DNA from: Azolla caroliniana
Lineage: Eukaryota; Plantae; Polypodiophyta
Assembly: GCA_043228905.1 (NCBI GenBank)
Contig: JBHGNT010000010.1
Span: 3,658,001-3,722,000 of the forward strand
Direction: 5' to 3'
Length of the DNA: 64,000 nt
This document shows positions 13,148 to 26,760 of the stretch, piece after piece. The notes beneath the pieces were generated by a model that saw nothing but the letters and a program-made list of their open reading frames with translations, did no database searches and was not told where the DNA came from. The translations under genes and the position numbers were made by a program. Positions within the stretch are counted from its first letter, which is position 1. The number at the start of each line of letters is the position of its first letter.

Positions 13148-13350
13148 GCCCAGATGGATGTAGCTCAGTTAGTAAGGTTGCCCAATGGAGACCAGGTGAT
13201 CATGGGTTCAACCCTTACATTCCACATCGGCATCTAGTGAGTTTGGAGATATGTATGGAGTATATAATACAGAGGTGAGTAAAATTTGGTATTGAACCCG
13301 AGACATAGTGGCTTGTAGTGTAACAACTTACCAATAAGGTAAGCTAATTA
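13148..13350 (+). mobile_element. tRNA-derived SINE-like element, copy 3 (bipartite)
   Basis: Colinear with copy 1 over ~200 bp, including the inverted 3' module. Confidence 0.8.
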
Positions 13351-14239
13351 TGGTAAAAAAAAGATTAAGATGAAATGTAATTTTATTAATTTGATTGAGA
13401 TCACAGATAGACCAAGATGTTGATAATATTGCTTGTCATACAATAGGGTGGTTTTCATACTACAAAATCCCCAACTCGAAACTTTGGGTCCTTGGGTGAG
13501 GAGTCGAGATGGTGCCATTGTTATTTGCCACGTGTGTTTCTTGGGCCTTATGGAAATTTTGGATTTTAATTTCTTGGAATTAAAATAGAAGATCCTCAAT
13601 AATGGGATTCTTCAAGGGTTTTCACTGGAAGAATGAACTGAATTATAGTATACAAACTCCAGAAAATGCAAGAAGTCAACCCAATCATCCCGTTAACAAT
13701 TGATGAAACAAGAAGATGAAATTTCAATACTAAAGTTGAGGTTGGATAATGTTGTTCTAACATTATGTAAATCTCCCAATGATGCTTGAATCTATTAATA
13801 AAGCCCTAATAAAGCCATTAAAGTTCTCTATTAATGGTGCAAAGCATGATAACACAATCCTTATTAACGATGTTTCAACATTGATTAGATTTGTGGAAGT
13901 AGAGTGCATTTGAATAATAAAGTATGCCATGAAATGACTCAATAATGATAATAGAATAACTTTAAGTGACTCAAGAATCAAAGAATAAGTTGTATTTAAT
14001 GTAAAGATGATATTACACAACAATAAAGAATGAGATAAAGCAAGAGTTGGCATTGGGCAAATAAAGGACTTATGAATGGCTGAACTTAAACCAGCTAAGA
14101 GTGTACTCAAGGAATCAAGGAATAAGATGTATTTTAATATACAAATGATATTACAAGAAGATGACGAACCATAATGATCCAATGAGAGCGTGAAGCTTCA
14201 GTTTATAAAGGTTGCAACACAAGTGTGTGATTTCTAGAA

Positions 14240-14410
14240 TTATCTTTAATACCTTGATAATAGTAACTCATGTAGCTTATATCATATGCTATAAAGTTAT
14301 CCTTTAATATCTTGATAATAGTTACACATGTAACTTATATCATATGCTATTAAGTTATCTTTAATATCTTGATAATAGTTACACATGGAACTTATATCAT
14401 ATGCTATAAG
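14240..14410. repeat. Tandem repeat, 3 x ~57 bp
   Basis: TTATCTTTAATATCTTGATAATAGTTACACATG..ACTTATATCATATGCTAT units at 14240, 14297 and 14355. Confidence 0.88.
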
Positions 14411-14722
14411 GTAATAAACTTAACCACGCTAAATTGATCTCTATAATGTCACAAGTTTATGTCTCGTGCTAAACTTGATTAAGAAATTATCAAAACTGCA
14501 AGTGAGAGCCATTGAATTTCATGGGGAGGCTAAACTTTTGTTCTTTTGAGGGTTTGGAGGTGCTTTCGAACCCTATCATTGTAGAGATAATAATGCTCCT
14601 TTTAGTAAGTAAACTCATCGAGGTAACTCTTGATATTGCGAAATGCATATAAAGAGATAAAAACCAACCTACTTAGCTTCTTACTTCTTGCTCAATTTAT
14701 AGTTGATATAAAGGTGCCCATT

Positions 14723-14829
14723 TGGGTTGGCTTAGCTACATGCATGCTAAAAGGGTGTGCTAAAAGGATGGGTTGGCTTAGCTACATGCATGCTAAAAGG
14801 GTGTGCTAAAAGGATGGGTTGGCTTAGCT
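14723..14829. repeat. Tandem repeat, 2.3 x 46 bp
   Basis: TGGGTTGGCTTAGCTACATGCATGCTAAAAGGGTGTGCTAAAAGGA at 14723 and 14769, partial at 14815. Confidence 0.9.
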
Positions 14830-15710
14830 TAATCATCTTTGGCAATGGAATCCGTATGGACCCTACAAAGGAACACATGCACACCACAATATTGTAACTT
14901 CTCAATCTTTTGAGTACTCCGTTGTTATAACGAAACTTGCTAATAATAATAATTAATTAATAAACCCCTCCACATTCTTTTTCCCCACCTCAGCACCCCC
15001 ACATCACAACATTTGCCACCCACCCTCGTACATCCCATACGTTGTTTCATCATAAAGACATTATGGCCATAACCATTCTTCTTAAGAAATATCTCTCAAT
15101 GAAACACCCCATCACTAATTTTGCACATCATGGTAGACCATTGTTGCTCAACAAGAAAAGCCAAGTCATGTTGGAGAAACCAACGCACAACAATATAGAC
15201 CCTTGGCAATGTTGTATAAAAATGTTCTACTAGCTTTCTTCTACAATGATGGGTGTGTAATGATAGTCTACACCATCATATCACATGAAGCAACTAGGGT
15301 GACAAGAGTGCTTAATATGTCAATACACTTGTACTAGGAACCTTCAATATTTTCCACAATAACGATTATGCCTTTTTGCCTTATAAAGCAACACATCTTT
15401 TTTTTATTAAACTTTTGTCTATATCTAGATGATTTGGTCTCGGTAACTAGCTATTGTAGCCTTTTATGTCTTATAAAAAAGTCAAGGAATCTCTTTCTCT
15501 CTCTCTCATATGGCTACGGCAATCACATGTCAATTTTAGGTAATTGTTGCACATTCTATGGTTAACTAAAAAGTTCATCCCAAAACCAAGGCAATGATTA
15601 ATAGTTAAGAAGGGCAAAATTTGAGGAGATTGTTGACAAACATAGCAATGAGACAAAATGTATGAAAACTCCCCCTTATGTATACATAATTAGAAGAATA
15701 GGTCATTCGA

Positions 15711-16050
15711 AAAATGGCCATTTTCTTGAGGGATGGGCGGGCGAGCATGACATAGGAATACAAATAAAGCAAAGCAAAATGAATATGAGAACAGATAATA
15801 AAAAACATGGCCATACTCTGGAGGGATGGGCAAGTAGGACATAAGAATACAAACAAACATAAATGGATATGGGAGTAAATAATGAGAAACATGGTCATAT
15901 TCCTGATGGATGGGCAAGCAGAACATAATAAGAACACAAAATAGATGTAAATGGACATGGGAGTAGATAATCGGAAACATGGACATATTCTTCATGGAAG
16001 GGCCAATAGGACATAATAACACAAATAGATCAAAATGGATATGAATAAAA
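15711..16050. repeat. Degenerate minisatellite, 4 x ~85-90 bp
   Basis: Units begin AAA(C)ATGGNCAT at ~15711, 15801, 15887 and 15975. Each has GGATGGGC-like, ACATAAGAATACAAA-like and AAATGGATATG-like blocks. Confidence 0.75.
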
Positions 16051-16702
16051 AACAAACCCTAATTATAATAACACAAGGAAGAACATTAGTGTATCCTTTG
16101 GTATTAAGGATAAAATATAAGGTCAAGGAATAGATAATCGTACGTAATATACTCGAATGCATTGGCAACCATTCGGATTCATACGAATATAAACGAATGC
16201 GTATGTTATCAAAACATTCTTATCTTTTTCTTTTACACTTTTTACCTTAAAAAAAAGTTACCTCTTATAATAGAGGAATGAATACAAAACCATGGTATTT
16301 TTTTACCATACTTCGAGGGTGTTTTACCACAACTGGAATGTTGTAAGCATTCGCGAATGCGAATGCGAATGCACGTATGGTTCATTCATACTATGATGTG
16401 CAGAACAGAGTAATGACAAAAAGCTGAACAAAAAAGCAAAACAGAGGAAAAAATGACAGAAATAAAGAAGAAGAGGGAGAAAGAAAGACAAAGCTGAAAG
16501 ATTCTCTCTCTCTCTCTTCTCTTGAAGCTCCCGGATGGGGACAGACATGATAGCGACAGTCTTCAGAAAAAGGAATCTCAGACAGAGGAAACAAAAGGAA
16601 GAGAAAGAACAGGGGAGGTGGACGTAGAAGAAGAAGAAGCAGAAGAGGAGGAGGAGGAGGAAGAAGAAGAAGAAGAAAGAAGAAGAAAGAAGAAGAAGAA
16701 AA

Positions 16703-19700
16703 ATGCAGAGGTATTTACAGTTTGGGTGGATGATGAAGAGGAGGTCCTCCTTATGGAGATCTCTCAGTAGCACTGTAGAGCATGTTTCGGATTCTTCCTC
16801 CTCTACTCCCCTGCCTCGCATCCCATTCTTTGATCACACTCCTCAACCTTACACAGGACCATCTGCACAAGAAATCTTGGCGAAGAGGAAGGAGTTCCTC
16901 AACCCTAGCATCTTCTACTACTACAAGAAACCAGTAAGCTCTCCATCTCTGCTAATTCACATTGATCTTTACGTGGATATGCTTCACATCCATGCCGAAT
17001 GTTTTGCACTTGATTGATTACGTTAACTTTTTTGCATCTATATGCTTCACATCAATGCAGAATTATCTGCATGATCTTTACATGGATATGAATTCATATC
17101 TATGATGTTCACATGTTTGCATAATGATTTACATTATCTTTGCATGGATATGCTTTACCTCTATGCTGAATGATTCGAATCATCTTGCTCTTGGTATGCA
17201 AATTTTGTGCTGAATGACCTACATTATCTTTACATGTGGATATTCTTCATATCCATGCTGAATGATTTACAGATCTTTGCTCATCTTTGATTATTTGAAT
17301 CATACTATGCATTGGGATGTCTCACGATGCCTTGAATGCCTCACATAAATGTTTATGGGAGAATCCATCCTTTTTGTTTGATAGCTTGCAGCATACATGT
17401 TGTCATATGTATCTCACATCGCCAGATTAACTAGATTCGTTGCATTTTCTTGATGCTCTAAAATTTAAGATTTCTCAAATTCATTGCTACACCATTTTTA
17501 GGTAAACATTGTGGAAGGGAAGATGCAATATCTATATGATGAAACTGGGCGCCGTTACTTGGATGGATTTGGTGGCATTGTGACTGTCTCTTGTGGTCAT
17601 TGTCATCCTGATATAGTGGATGCAATTGTGCACCAAACAAAGCTTCTGCAACATACAACCACTATTTACTTGCATCATGCAGTTGCAGATTATGCAGAGG
17701 CACTTGCGTCAAAAATGCCAGGAAATTTGAAGGTATTTTTTAACACTCTTAATCGCATCCATGGAAGAGAAGCCTCTTATATTTTCATGAGATATTGGAT
17801 ATATACTCTCTCTCAGGGGACATTTATAGTTCCATGGCAAAGAGCAAGAGTGGTCTTGTTCTGCCTATGGATTTCCTATATGGCTTATACCGCAGTACAT
17901 TCTTTGTAGCGAAGAGAACAATGTATGTTAGTGTTGGGAAATGTCGAAATTGACCGAGGAGTTACTTTAATACAAACGTTGGATGAAAAGACTGGAGAGA
18001 GAGATAGAGCATCGAAGTCAACTGATGTTTTTGACTGCATGATCTTCATTGATCTTGACTCTAATGTGGAATGTGCAAGGTGCCCCTAACATTTTGCTCG
18101 TCATGTATATATTTGATTCTCAATGTCCCAAGGTGCAACTTGCCTAAAACATAGGCTATATGCTGAAAATATGAAAATGGTGTAAATAAATAAGGATATT
18201 CTGTGATTAACTTTTTTAGAGAGAGAGAGAGAGAGAGAGATACCGGTTGGCCAGGTTGTTTATCTTGTTAATTCGGGCTCCGAAGCAAACGATATGGCAA
18301 TGATGATGGCCAGGCTATATACGGGATATTATGATATTGTTGCTTTGAGGAATGCATACCATGGTCTTAGTGCTGCAACAATGGGAGCTGCTGGACTGCA
18401 TACTTGGAAGCATGGGGTTGCTCAGGTTATTCTTCTGGACTGTATATATATGAATTGATCCTTCTCGGCAAAGATAGTTTCATTGTCACTGTTGAAATTC
18501 ATGTGGAAAAAATGGCAAAATTGCAGGGATTTGGTGTGCATCATGCTGTGAACCCAAACCCATATCGAGGAATCTTTGGTGCGGATGGGAAGCGATATGC
18601 GGAGGATGTAGCTGATTTGATCAGTGCATCTACACCTGGACATGTGGCTGCATTCATTTCTGAGACCATTCAAGTAAGTGAAAAGGAATTTTGGAGAAGA
18701 ATATTCTTTCAATGTTGTGAATCTAGGTAGATATAGATTTATTCTTGTATATTTTTATAGGGTGCAGGAGGAGCTGTGGAACTTGCACCAGGATATCTCC
18801 AGGCTGTATACAAGGTGATCAGAAATGCTGGTGGGATATGTATTGCAGATGAAGTACAAACGGGATTTGGGAGAACTGGCAGTCATTATTGGGGTTTTGA
18901 AACCCAGGGTGTCATTCCTGACATTGTTACGATGGCCAAGGTATATCTTATACTTCTCTTTTTCTTTTTCGTATCAGGTTTTTAACCTTGTGGTAATGCA
19001 AGTGTTTTAGCAATCCATGGACCCATCATAAAATCTCATATTATGCACTACTTTTCTACTAGAGCCATTGCAGTATATAGGGGTTGAATACATGATCTCC
19101 TGGTCTATGTTGGACTACCTTAGCAACTGAGTGGTGACTGTGTTCAGACTATTTTTTGACCGTTCCTTTTTGCTGCTTTTATAGCGTTGGGTCCCTGAGA
19201 AACAATCGTTGTGATGTTTGAAAGAGCTAATGCATCAAATTTGTTCTTGTGTGTAATGTGGCTGCTTTTTGTTTGTAAACTGATCTGAACATATGTATGT
19301 TAGTATTTATTATCTAATATTATAGTATGTTATGTTCTATGCTTACGTTGAGTTCTTCTTTATTGGGTGACTATTCACAGGGTATTGGAAATGGTCTTCC
19401 TTTGGCGGCTGTTGTGACAACACCAGAAGTAGCTAGTGTGCTCACAAAACACCTACATTTCAATACATTTGGTGGAAATCCAGTTTGTTCAGCAGGTGGG
19501 CATGCTGTCTTGAAGGTTGTAGACAAAGATAAATTGCAAGAGAATTCTGCAGTTGTGGGCGGACATTTGCTTGGTCGGCTTCGGGATCTGCAGGAAAAAC
19601 ATTCAGGTAATGTCTCTGCAATGTGGAGTAAAGTAGGAATTTCTTATTTACTTGGGAGAAAACACCAAAATTTACCCCAACTTTTGGATATTGACCAGAA

Positions 19701-20330
19701 TACCCCAAACTTTAAACATTTTCTGGATACCCATGTAATAGAGTAAATTTTGTACTAGAGAGGTGATAAGATTCTGAAAGCTTACTAAGGGTATTTTTTT
19801 GGGTTTCCGTTATTGATTTTTTTATCACAACTTAAAGACCGTTTATCGTTTTCTTTGTCTACAAATGTAGTTATTGGAGATGTGAGAGGGAGAGGACTCA
19901 TGATTGGAGTGGAATTAGTGAAAGACAGAGATACGAAAGAACCCGCAAAAACAGAGGCTGCCGAGCTTATTGAGAAGATGAAAGGTTTTTGTCTCCTCAT
20001 GCTGCTGAATATTGTTATTTACTTTGATGATGACCCGCTGTGCTGAGTGTTGGAATATGCATTGAGATTTTGTATATCTTGGTTACAGATCTTGGAGTTT
20101 TGATTGGTAAAGGTGGTTTGCATGGTAATGTCTTCCGAATCAAGCCGCCAATGTGCTTTACAAAAGATGATGCAGGTATTTTTCTGAAAAGGGATCTCAT
20201 ATCTTGTAAACATTGATAGGTTATTACGAAGATCTTCATATTGCTTGGGGTTGTAATAGATATATTTTTGGCAATGTTCTTTCCAGATTTCCTCGTAGAT
20301 GTCATGGATCATAGCATGTCTTCGCTTTGA
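16703..20330 (+). CDS. AGT2: Alanine-glyoxylate aminotransferase 2 homolog, class III PLP aminotransferase, probably mitochondrial (476 aa, 9 exons)
   Basis: Exons: 16703-16933, 17502-17732, 18255-18425, 18527-18673, 18761-18940, 19381-19606, 19871-19984, 20089-20175, 20287-20330. All introns are GT-AG and phases join into an open frame. Motifs include [55 protein letters not shown] (PLP lysine), [16 protein letters not shown] and [19 protein letters not shown]. The N-terminus is Arg/Ser-rich, like a transit peptide. Confidence 0.95.
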
Positions 20331-23300
20331 TGTGATGCAATGGTAAACATATGCTGTGGCCACATTGAGTTGGATCTTTCTTAAGCAGCAAGTTCAGGTT
20401 ATTATAATTAATGTTTCACGACTGAACCCATCCACTACGTCAAAAGTTCTTCATCTTTTAGCTCTTTTATTTATAAATACTATTTATTGTAGCTCTATTT
20501 CCAAATGTATTCCAGCTTGTAGCAATAGTTTAGGGGTTTGATAATCTTGTAACAAGGATACCAAAGGGTTCTTTGCTTTCAGAGGTGATCGTGATTGTAA
20601 TGGAAATTGATCATGACCTAAAATGATCAATATGGATATCTCTTTGATTTGAAACAGTAGAAGTTTCCTAGTTTTAATTGTAATGGGGCTTGATCATGAC
20701 CAGAAATTATTCGACACAAGTAAATCTTTGGTTTAACACCTACTAATGACTCGTATATTTGGTTACGCATCGGCGATGATATGATTTATTTACCTCTTTT
20801 TTCATGTTAATGAAAATGCTGCAAGCATGTTTAGAAAGGATCTTTGGAGTTGGTAATAAGTTCATCATTCTTATTGGTTTTATGAGCTCAATATTGGACA
20901 CAATTTTCTTTTAGGCAAACTTTCATAGGAGATCAAAGAGAGTTGTAGTCATTACAATAGCCTATGAACTGTTGTACTATGCGTGTTGATGTTTTCATGT
21001 CCCACATGCGGCAGGTCAAGGCATGAAACATTAGGGAATTAGTCTAGGCAAAATGAGGGGATTTGAGGAACTATATAAATTGAAAGTGATTTTACAATGG
21101 GTGATGCGTGAAGAACAATTTTACGTTATGCATGAAGAACAATTTTACGTTGTGTAATCTTTGATTAATTCGATTTTCTCACGATAAATGAAAATCATTT
21201 GATGCATTTATGTGGGGAGGTTTATGACATGTTGGTTTCCATTATGCTGATTTGTAATTCATAGTACTCTATCCAAGTGTCTCTAACCCAAAATTAATGC
21301 TTGAACCCCTGATGTTTACATCTAGATGTGTTGTGTTAGCTTGAGGTGCTTCCATTGAGTGCATGTGTTCATTTCAAGTTTTTCAACCCGATACACTATA
21401 ACCCCTCACCTTTACACTATATTCTCTCTATAGTGTTTCCACTATGTTTATTTGTAATTCATAGTACTCTATCTAGATGTGTTGTGTCAGCTCTTGATGC
21501 TTTGACAGAGCACACATTTTCGTTTCTACCGAAGTTCTATCTTGTTGAAATTGCTAGTTAGGTTTGGACCACCATATACCCTCTTGATGGTGAGTCATGT
21601 GCGAGAGTGGTTGTTAGGCACTCTCAAGCTACTAATGCTCGTATATGCCTAAGTTTAGTTTAGCGAACTCTTTCCTTTGTCCTTTAAGTAGGTTTGTTGA
21701 CTAAGAAGCTAACCATTGCCCTGTTAATTAAGTGTCAAACCTATAGGTTAATGACCCACTAAACATACACAAGTAGGATCACGCTTTGATTAATTAAGAT
21801 ACACCAAATGCACATACAAGCAGGTTAATGCTTAACACTAATATTACATGACGTATGAGAGAGAGATATCTAGCATAAACCTAGTTGGGAAGATAAGTTC
21901 ACGAAGTACTAACAAGTTATAAACATATTTTTCGTAGTGCTTTCTAAAAGTATTAGCTCCTTTCACATGGGGGTTGTCATAAGGCTTCAACTTAATGACC
22001 ATCTCTCGTCTATACTTACATCCTTGGTTCCAATGTCAATATCCTTGTTTGTAGTGTCACGTATTGAAGGTATTTAACTTCGCCCCACCTCATGAGTGCA
22101 CACTTCTTAGCGAGCCTTAGTCCACGGAGGTGACAAAGGATGTAGAGGAAAAGGAGAGGTAGATGTCATTAGGAGTGGTGGATAGAGAGTAGGTGGTATT
22201 GAAGGCATTGTTGGTGAGACAAGAAAGTAGCAAGTGAGAGCAAAGGAGGTGTGAGAGGAGTGCGGTGAGGTGGAGATGGGGTGAACATGAGGGTGTTGTA
22301 AGGTGGGGCATTGGTGTGTCGGTGTGCAAGCAACAAAGGATGTGGGAGATGTCGTGCATTGGTGTGATTTGTTGGAAAATTGTTTTATGATTCTAACAAA
22401 CCATTCGTGAACAACGTGGCGGGTGAACACAAAGGGTGGGTTTTATTCATAGCTCATGTGCATGCACATGTATCTCCTAGTAGCCCCTGTCATTATAGTA
22501 TTGAATATTGTTATAAGTAGAATCCCATTTACATTGAATATTGTTATAAGTAGAACCCCATTTACATGAGTATACGTGTTTTATCTTGATCCAAATGTCA
22601 TTTGAGAATATATTCTCTCTCTCTCTCTCTCTCTCTAGCATGCCTCTCGTTTGTTTATTTGCAAAACATTACTAGGAGCATGTGTTGAAGGCTTTTAATA
22701 AGTTAATTGTATAATCAATACAAATCACAAATTATGTCAAATGTAATGTTCACCCTTAAGTTTAGCCAATAATTTTATCAATAGTTAGTGGAAATAATGT
22801 ATTGCAATAATACTCAAAACTTCAATAAACAAATTTGGGTCATTCTCCATTTATCTGAATTGCATCCAACGTGGTTACATAAAATGCATACCGATGGTTT
22901 CTTGCCCTTTTATTTTCCTTCATTTGCATATCCCATGATATATTATTTTAAGAATTATGAAAATGATGGGCATTTTAAGATTTTACATGATTAAGAAATT
23001 GATATATTCCCATTAGTGGCTTTTGTTCTGTATATTACCTATTTTGTATGCATTGACAATTGTATAGTTTCTGTGAAGGTTCTTTAACCAACATAAATAA
23101 GCCATGTTGACAGTTGGTCGGCTTCAAAGCGACAACAATTTTACAAGCTATAATAATCAAAATGCTTTATTTTTATTAGCATTTTTATGATAAGCATGAT
23201 GCTTTGGTACATATAAGAAATAACATCATATTAAGAGAACATCGATTATTTCCCTAGTAATTTGTAAATGTCAACTTAGCCCTCTAAAAAAAGGTAACTC

Positions 23301-23485
23301 ATATTTGCGAGAATCTATCATAACTTGAATGGATTTAACTCTCTACTTAATTTTGTATTGAAGTCACATGTTTCACCTTTCTATCTAGGCATTCCTATTA
23401 ATAAAAAGACCATGGATGACGAGCATCACACACTACAAATTACAATAGTAAGCTTTAGATCACGTAATTATGCTCCTCGCCGATA

Positions 23486-23718
23486 ATCACTACATCTCAA
23501 CCTCATACAACTTCTCAAAGTTGGACACACCAATAAGCCTTGCATATTAGGCATGCCATGTACTTGAGAATATGAGTGATAGGAATAGAATATATATGAC
23601 ATTATCACTACATCGCGACCTCATATAACTTCTCAAAGTTGGACACACCAATAAGCCTCGCATATTAGGAATGCCATGTACTTGAGAATATGAATGATAG
23701 GAATAGAATATATATGAG
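23486..23718. repeat. Tandem duplication, 2 x ~116 bp
   Basis: ATCACTACATC...CTTCTCAAAGTTGGACACACCAATAAGCC...GATAGGAATAGAATATATATGA occurs twice. Confidence 0.88.
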
Positions 23719-24010
23719 CTACATGTCGCTACACCCTCTGCACCAACAAGGAAGATTGTGTTGTAATGTCTTGTCCCATAATTCATGTTTTGGACAAAAT
23801 ATCATCTTCATCATTTCTATTAAGTCATAGTATTAAACATCTCCTTTAAGTCACATCCCTTTCTTTTCAACAAATCTTTTTCTCTTTCTTTTATTTATTG
23901 TAATTAAGACCTTGTCTTAATGGTAAGTTAGATTAGTGGCCCTAGGTCTTGGGTGCCAATTTCTTACCCCTCTATTACTCTATACATATATGTATACAAT
24001 ATATGTAAGG

Positions 24011-24060
24011 GTTAAACCCATGACCTTCTAATCTACATTGGGCAACCTTATTGGGTGATC
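24011..24060 (-). mobile_element. Fragment of the tRNA-derived SINE head
   Basis: Reverse complement reads TAAGGTTGCCCAATGTAGATTAGAAGGTCATGGGTTTAAC, matching the 11847 family. Confidence 0.6.
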
Positions 24061-24480
24061 TTTTTTTCTTTCCCTTTTTTTCTGAAAGACAAATTCTATT
24101 AATAAACGTGTGTGAAAAACACTACTTACAAATGGAGTCACGATAGAGTATGGTCATCCACTACACTACATATGTAGTGGAACATGTTGAATTGCCAATA
24201 GGCAAGAAGAACACTCCACTAAGAAAAGAATTTCTACTTGATCCAATAAAGAAAATTGACACATTGATACTCCCTTCAACTTTCGTAGATATGCTTTGAC
24301 TCCATCTTACCATCAAATACAAAACATATCTTCGGAGGTCAACCATCATGAAGCAAGTGTTGCATTCCATCTACCAAACTCTTTTTACATAATCTTGCAT
24401 CTAACCAGAACACAAAATTTACTTTTATGCGTATTTGAGATTTTTTTGCTTGCTTCCCATGCAATTCTAGGAAGTCGTTG

Positions 24481-24965
24481 TTAGGTACTCTTTTGAACCT
24501 TAAGCATGTATTCAACAACCCTTTCCATTGTCATTATCTCAATGGGAAATGATCCCGTTTCAAGGAGGAGGGTGTATGTCATTTGTTTCTTACATTGTGA
24601 AAACTTTGTAAGAAAATGTTTTTGGACATCTTCAAACTCTTTCCAAGTAGATTTAGGGGTGCTACCACCCCATACAGAAGCACCAATATCACCAAAATGT
24701 CGTAAAGGTATTTCTTGAGGACCCAACACTTAATATCTTGATGAGTGCATGTGTTCTCAAATGTATAATATGCTCTATTGCCCATCTCTAAGCGGAGTGT
24801 GGCACATTCATTCCATCTATGATTTAAAGGAACTTCAAGGCCAAGATATTTGAAACTTTCCAAACAATCAAGTGACTCATTACTGTACATAATGCATTGT
24901 TTATCTTTTGTTTGGCTCTTCACTAACAAAATATTTGTTTTAGAGCTGTTGACACTTAATTTAGT
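24481..24965 (-). mobile_element. RTE-like non-LTR retrotransposon fragment (end of RT and downstream region)
   Basis: LSVNSSKT...ESFKYLGLE...LYDILVILVLLYG / VWGG...FEDVQKHFL...LLLETGSFPIE, frameshifted. Confidence 0.75.
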
Positions 24966-26169
24966 ATAGGGTAATTAAAACTAAAGAATGTGACATTATT
25001 TCTCTTAACAACTTCTCGTCTTCATTTGTGCATGTACACTCGTAAACACACACTTAGTGTTGTGGTGTGTTTTAGATTGTGCGCGTGTATTAATATCTTT
25101 GTTTAGCTTATTGATTGTGTGTGTTCATGTGCATGTATTTGTATTTGGCGATTGTGCATTAGAATGCATAAGTATGCATGTTAGTTTTGTGTGAGCATAT
25201 ATGGTTAAGTATAAATGAACTTGTGTTGTGTGTGTTGTTTGTTTATGTGCATGTGGTTTTTGAACATTGGAATTTATGTATACTATATGTATAAATGTAT
25301 TGGCTTTTGAAAATATTTGTGGAACATATTGTTCCCTCACTCCCTTAGTTCATGGTAAGGTTTCTAAGGGTATTTTTGAAACATTACCCTTAATTCCCAT
25401 GTTGTTTTGAGTCTATGATTGACAACCATGTTATGTTGCCTTGGTTGTTGTAAGCTTCCCATGTGCCAACGTGATTTGCGACCTCGTACTTTTGTTTTTC
25501 GACAAGGTCTATGTGCTCGATTCCCAAATTTCCGAACTCAACAATGAGCGCCCTTGTTTGATAAAAATGACACTACTCTTTTAATATGCATGATTGCCTT
25601 TAATGGGTGCCTGGATTTGGCAAAATATTTATTGACACATTTGTATTTATCACATACTTGATTTAATTGTTATCACTTATATTTTATAGATCATCTTTTC
25701 CTTTCTATTGCCTTTAATGGGTATTAAACCCTTGACTTGATTTTTGAATGCTTAGCTCTTATCATTTGAGCCATGTTTTGATGTTATTTTTGTTATCTTG
25801 TTGATTTTCTTGCAATGTCATTTTGGCCTAAATCTCGATTGATAGTAAAACTTGACTTTTACATGCATTTCTCCCTTTGCACATGCCACGTCACGACAAT
25901 GGGTGAAACTATTTCCAAGAATCTAATTAATCTCGAGGATCTTGCTAACTCCAAGATCTTGAATCCTATAGGCTATGAATATGCCTAGATGCAAGAGAAG
26001 TACCTTCCTCCAAGGCAATAGAGTAGTTGACAAGATGATATGCATGCACGTGCTTTACATTCCCTTTTTTCAGAAACATTTGGAAAATCACTATATTTTG
26101 CTAGAAGGGAAGTGGACACACTGATTTTTGAGAGCAATTGGGTGTGACAAAGGTCATGTACAAGTGGAT

Positions 26170-26760
26170 CTATTGGGCATCCCATAGAAAGGGAGCCACC
26201 TTAGAATTAAAAGCTAAAATAGTTTTCTTGGCCAATTCCAAAGTAGTAAGCGCAAATGCCCAAAGATGTTGCAAAGTAATAGGAGTAGAAATTAAGGTCA
26301 AAACAACAATAGGATGAGGGGTAGATATAATATATGCAAGAGCAGTATTCAAAGTTTAATCACAAAGATGAGTACCTTGTAATGTCCACATGAAAGTAGG
26401 GGCAACAACTTGAAGACAATTAGTGAAAATTTTACCCCAAGAAAGTAGTTAAAGAACTAGATCGGAAATAGGACCAACACCATGAACCCAAAGAGGGTTG
26501 GGAAGATAGTAGCAAAAGCAACACAAAGGTTGGCAAAACATTTGGTAGAAGTTGGCAATTCAAGCTTGCAAATCCACCATAAAATTATGGGACTTGGATT
26601 GAGCCATGGAAAATGAGGTGTATACGTCGATAAATAGAGACACCAAGTGGTTAAGAATAATCTCTCCCTGGTGCAAACCCACATTGAGAATGAGTGAGAT
26701 TGTCTCCTGTATAATTTCACCAACAATCTCCTTCTTGTGAGGTTTTCTCAATCCATTAGA
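26170..26760 (-). mobile_element. Probable degenerate LINE ORF2 C-terminal fragment
   Basis: Patchy, stop-riddled reading frames resembling the C-terminus of plant LINE ORF2. No catalytic motif is recognisable. Confidence 0.3.

Noticed and set aside
16324-16821. 165-aa Phe/Leu-rich minus-strand ORF and 82-aa Glu/Lys-rich plus-strand ORF
   Set aside because: Low-complexity read-outs of the GAA/GAG-rich AGT2 leader.
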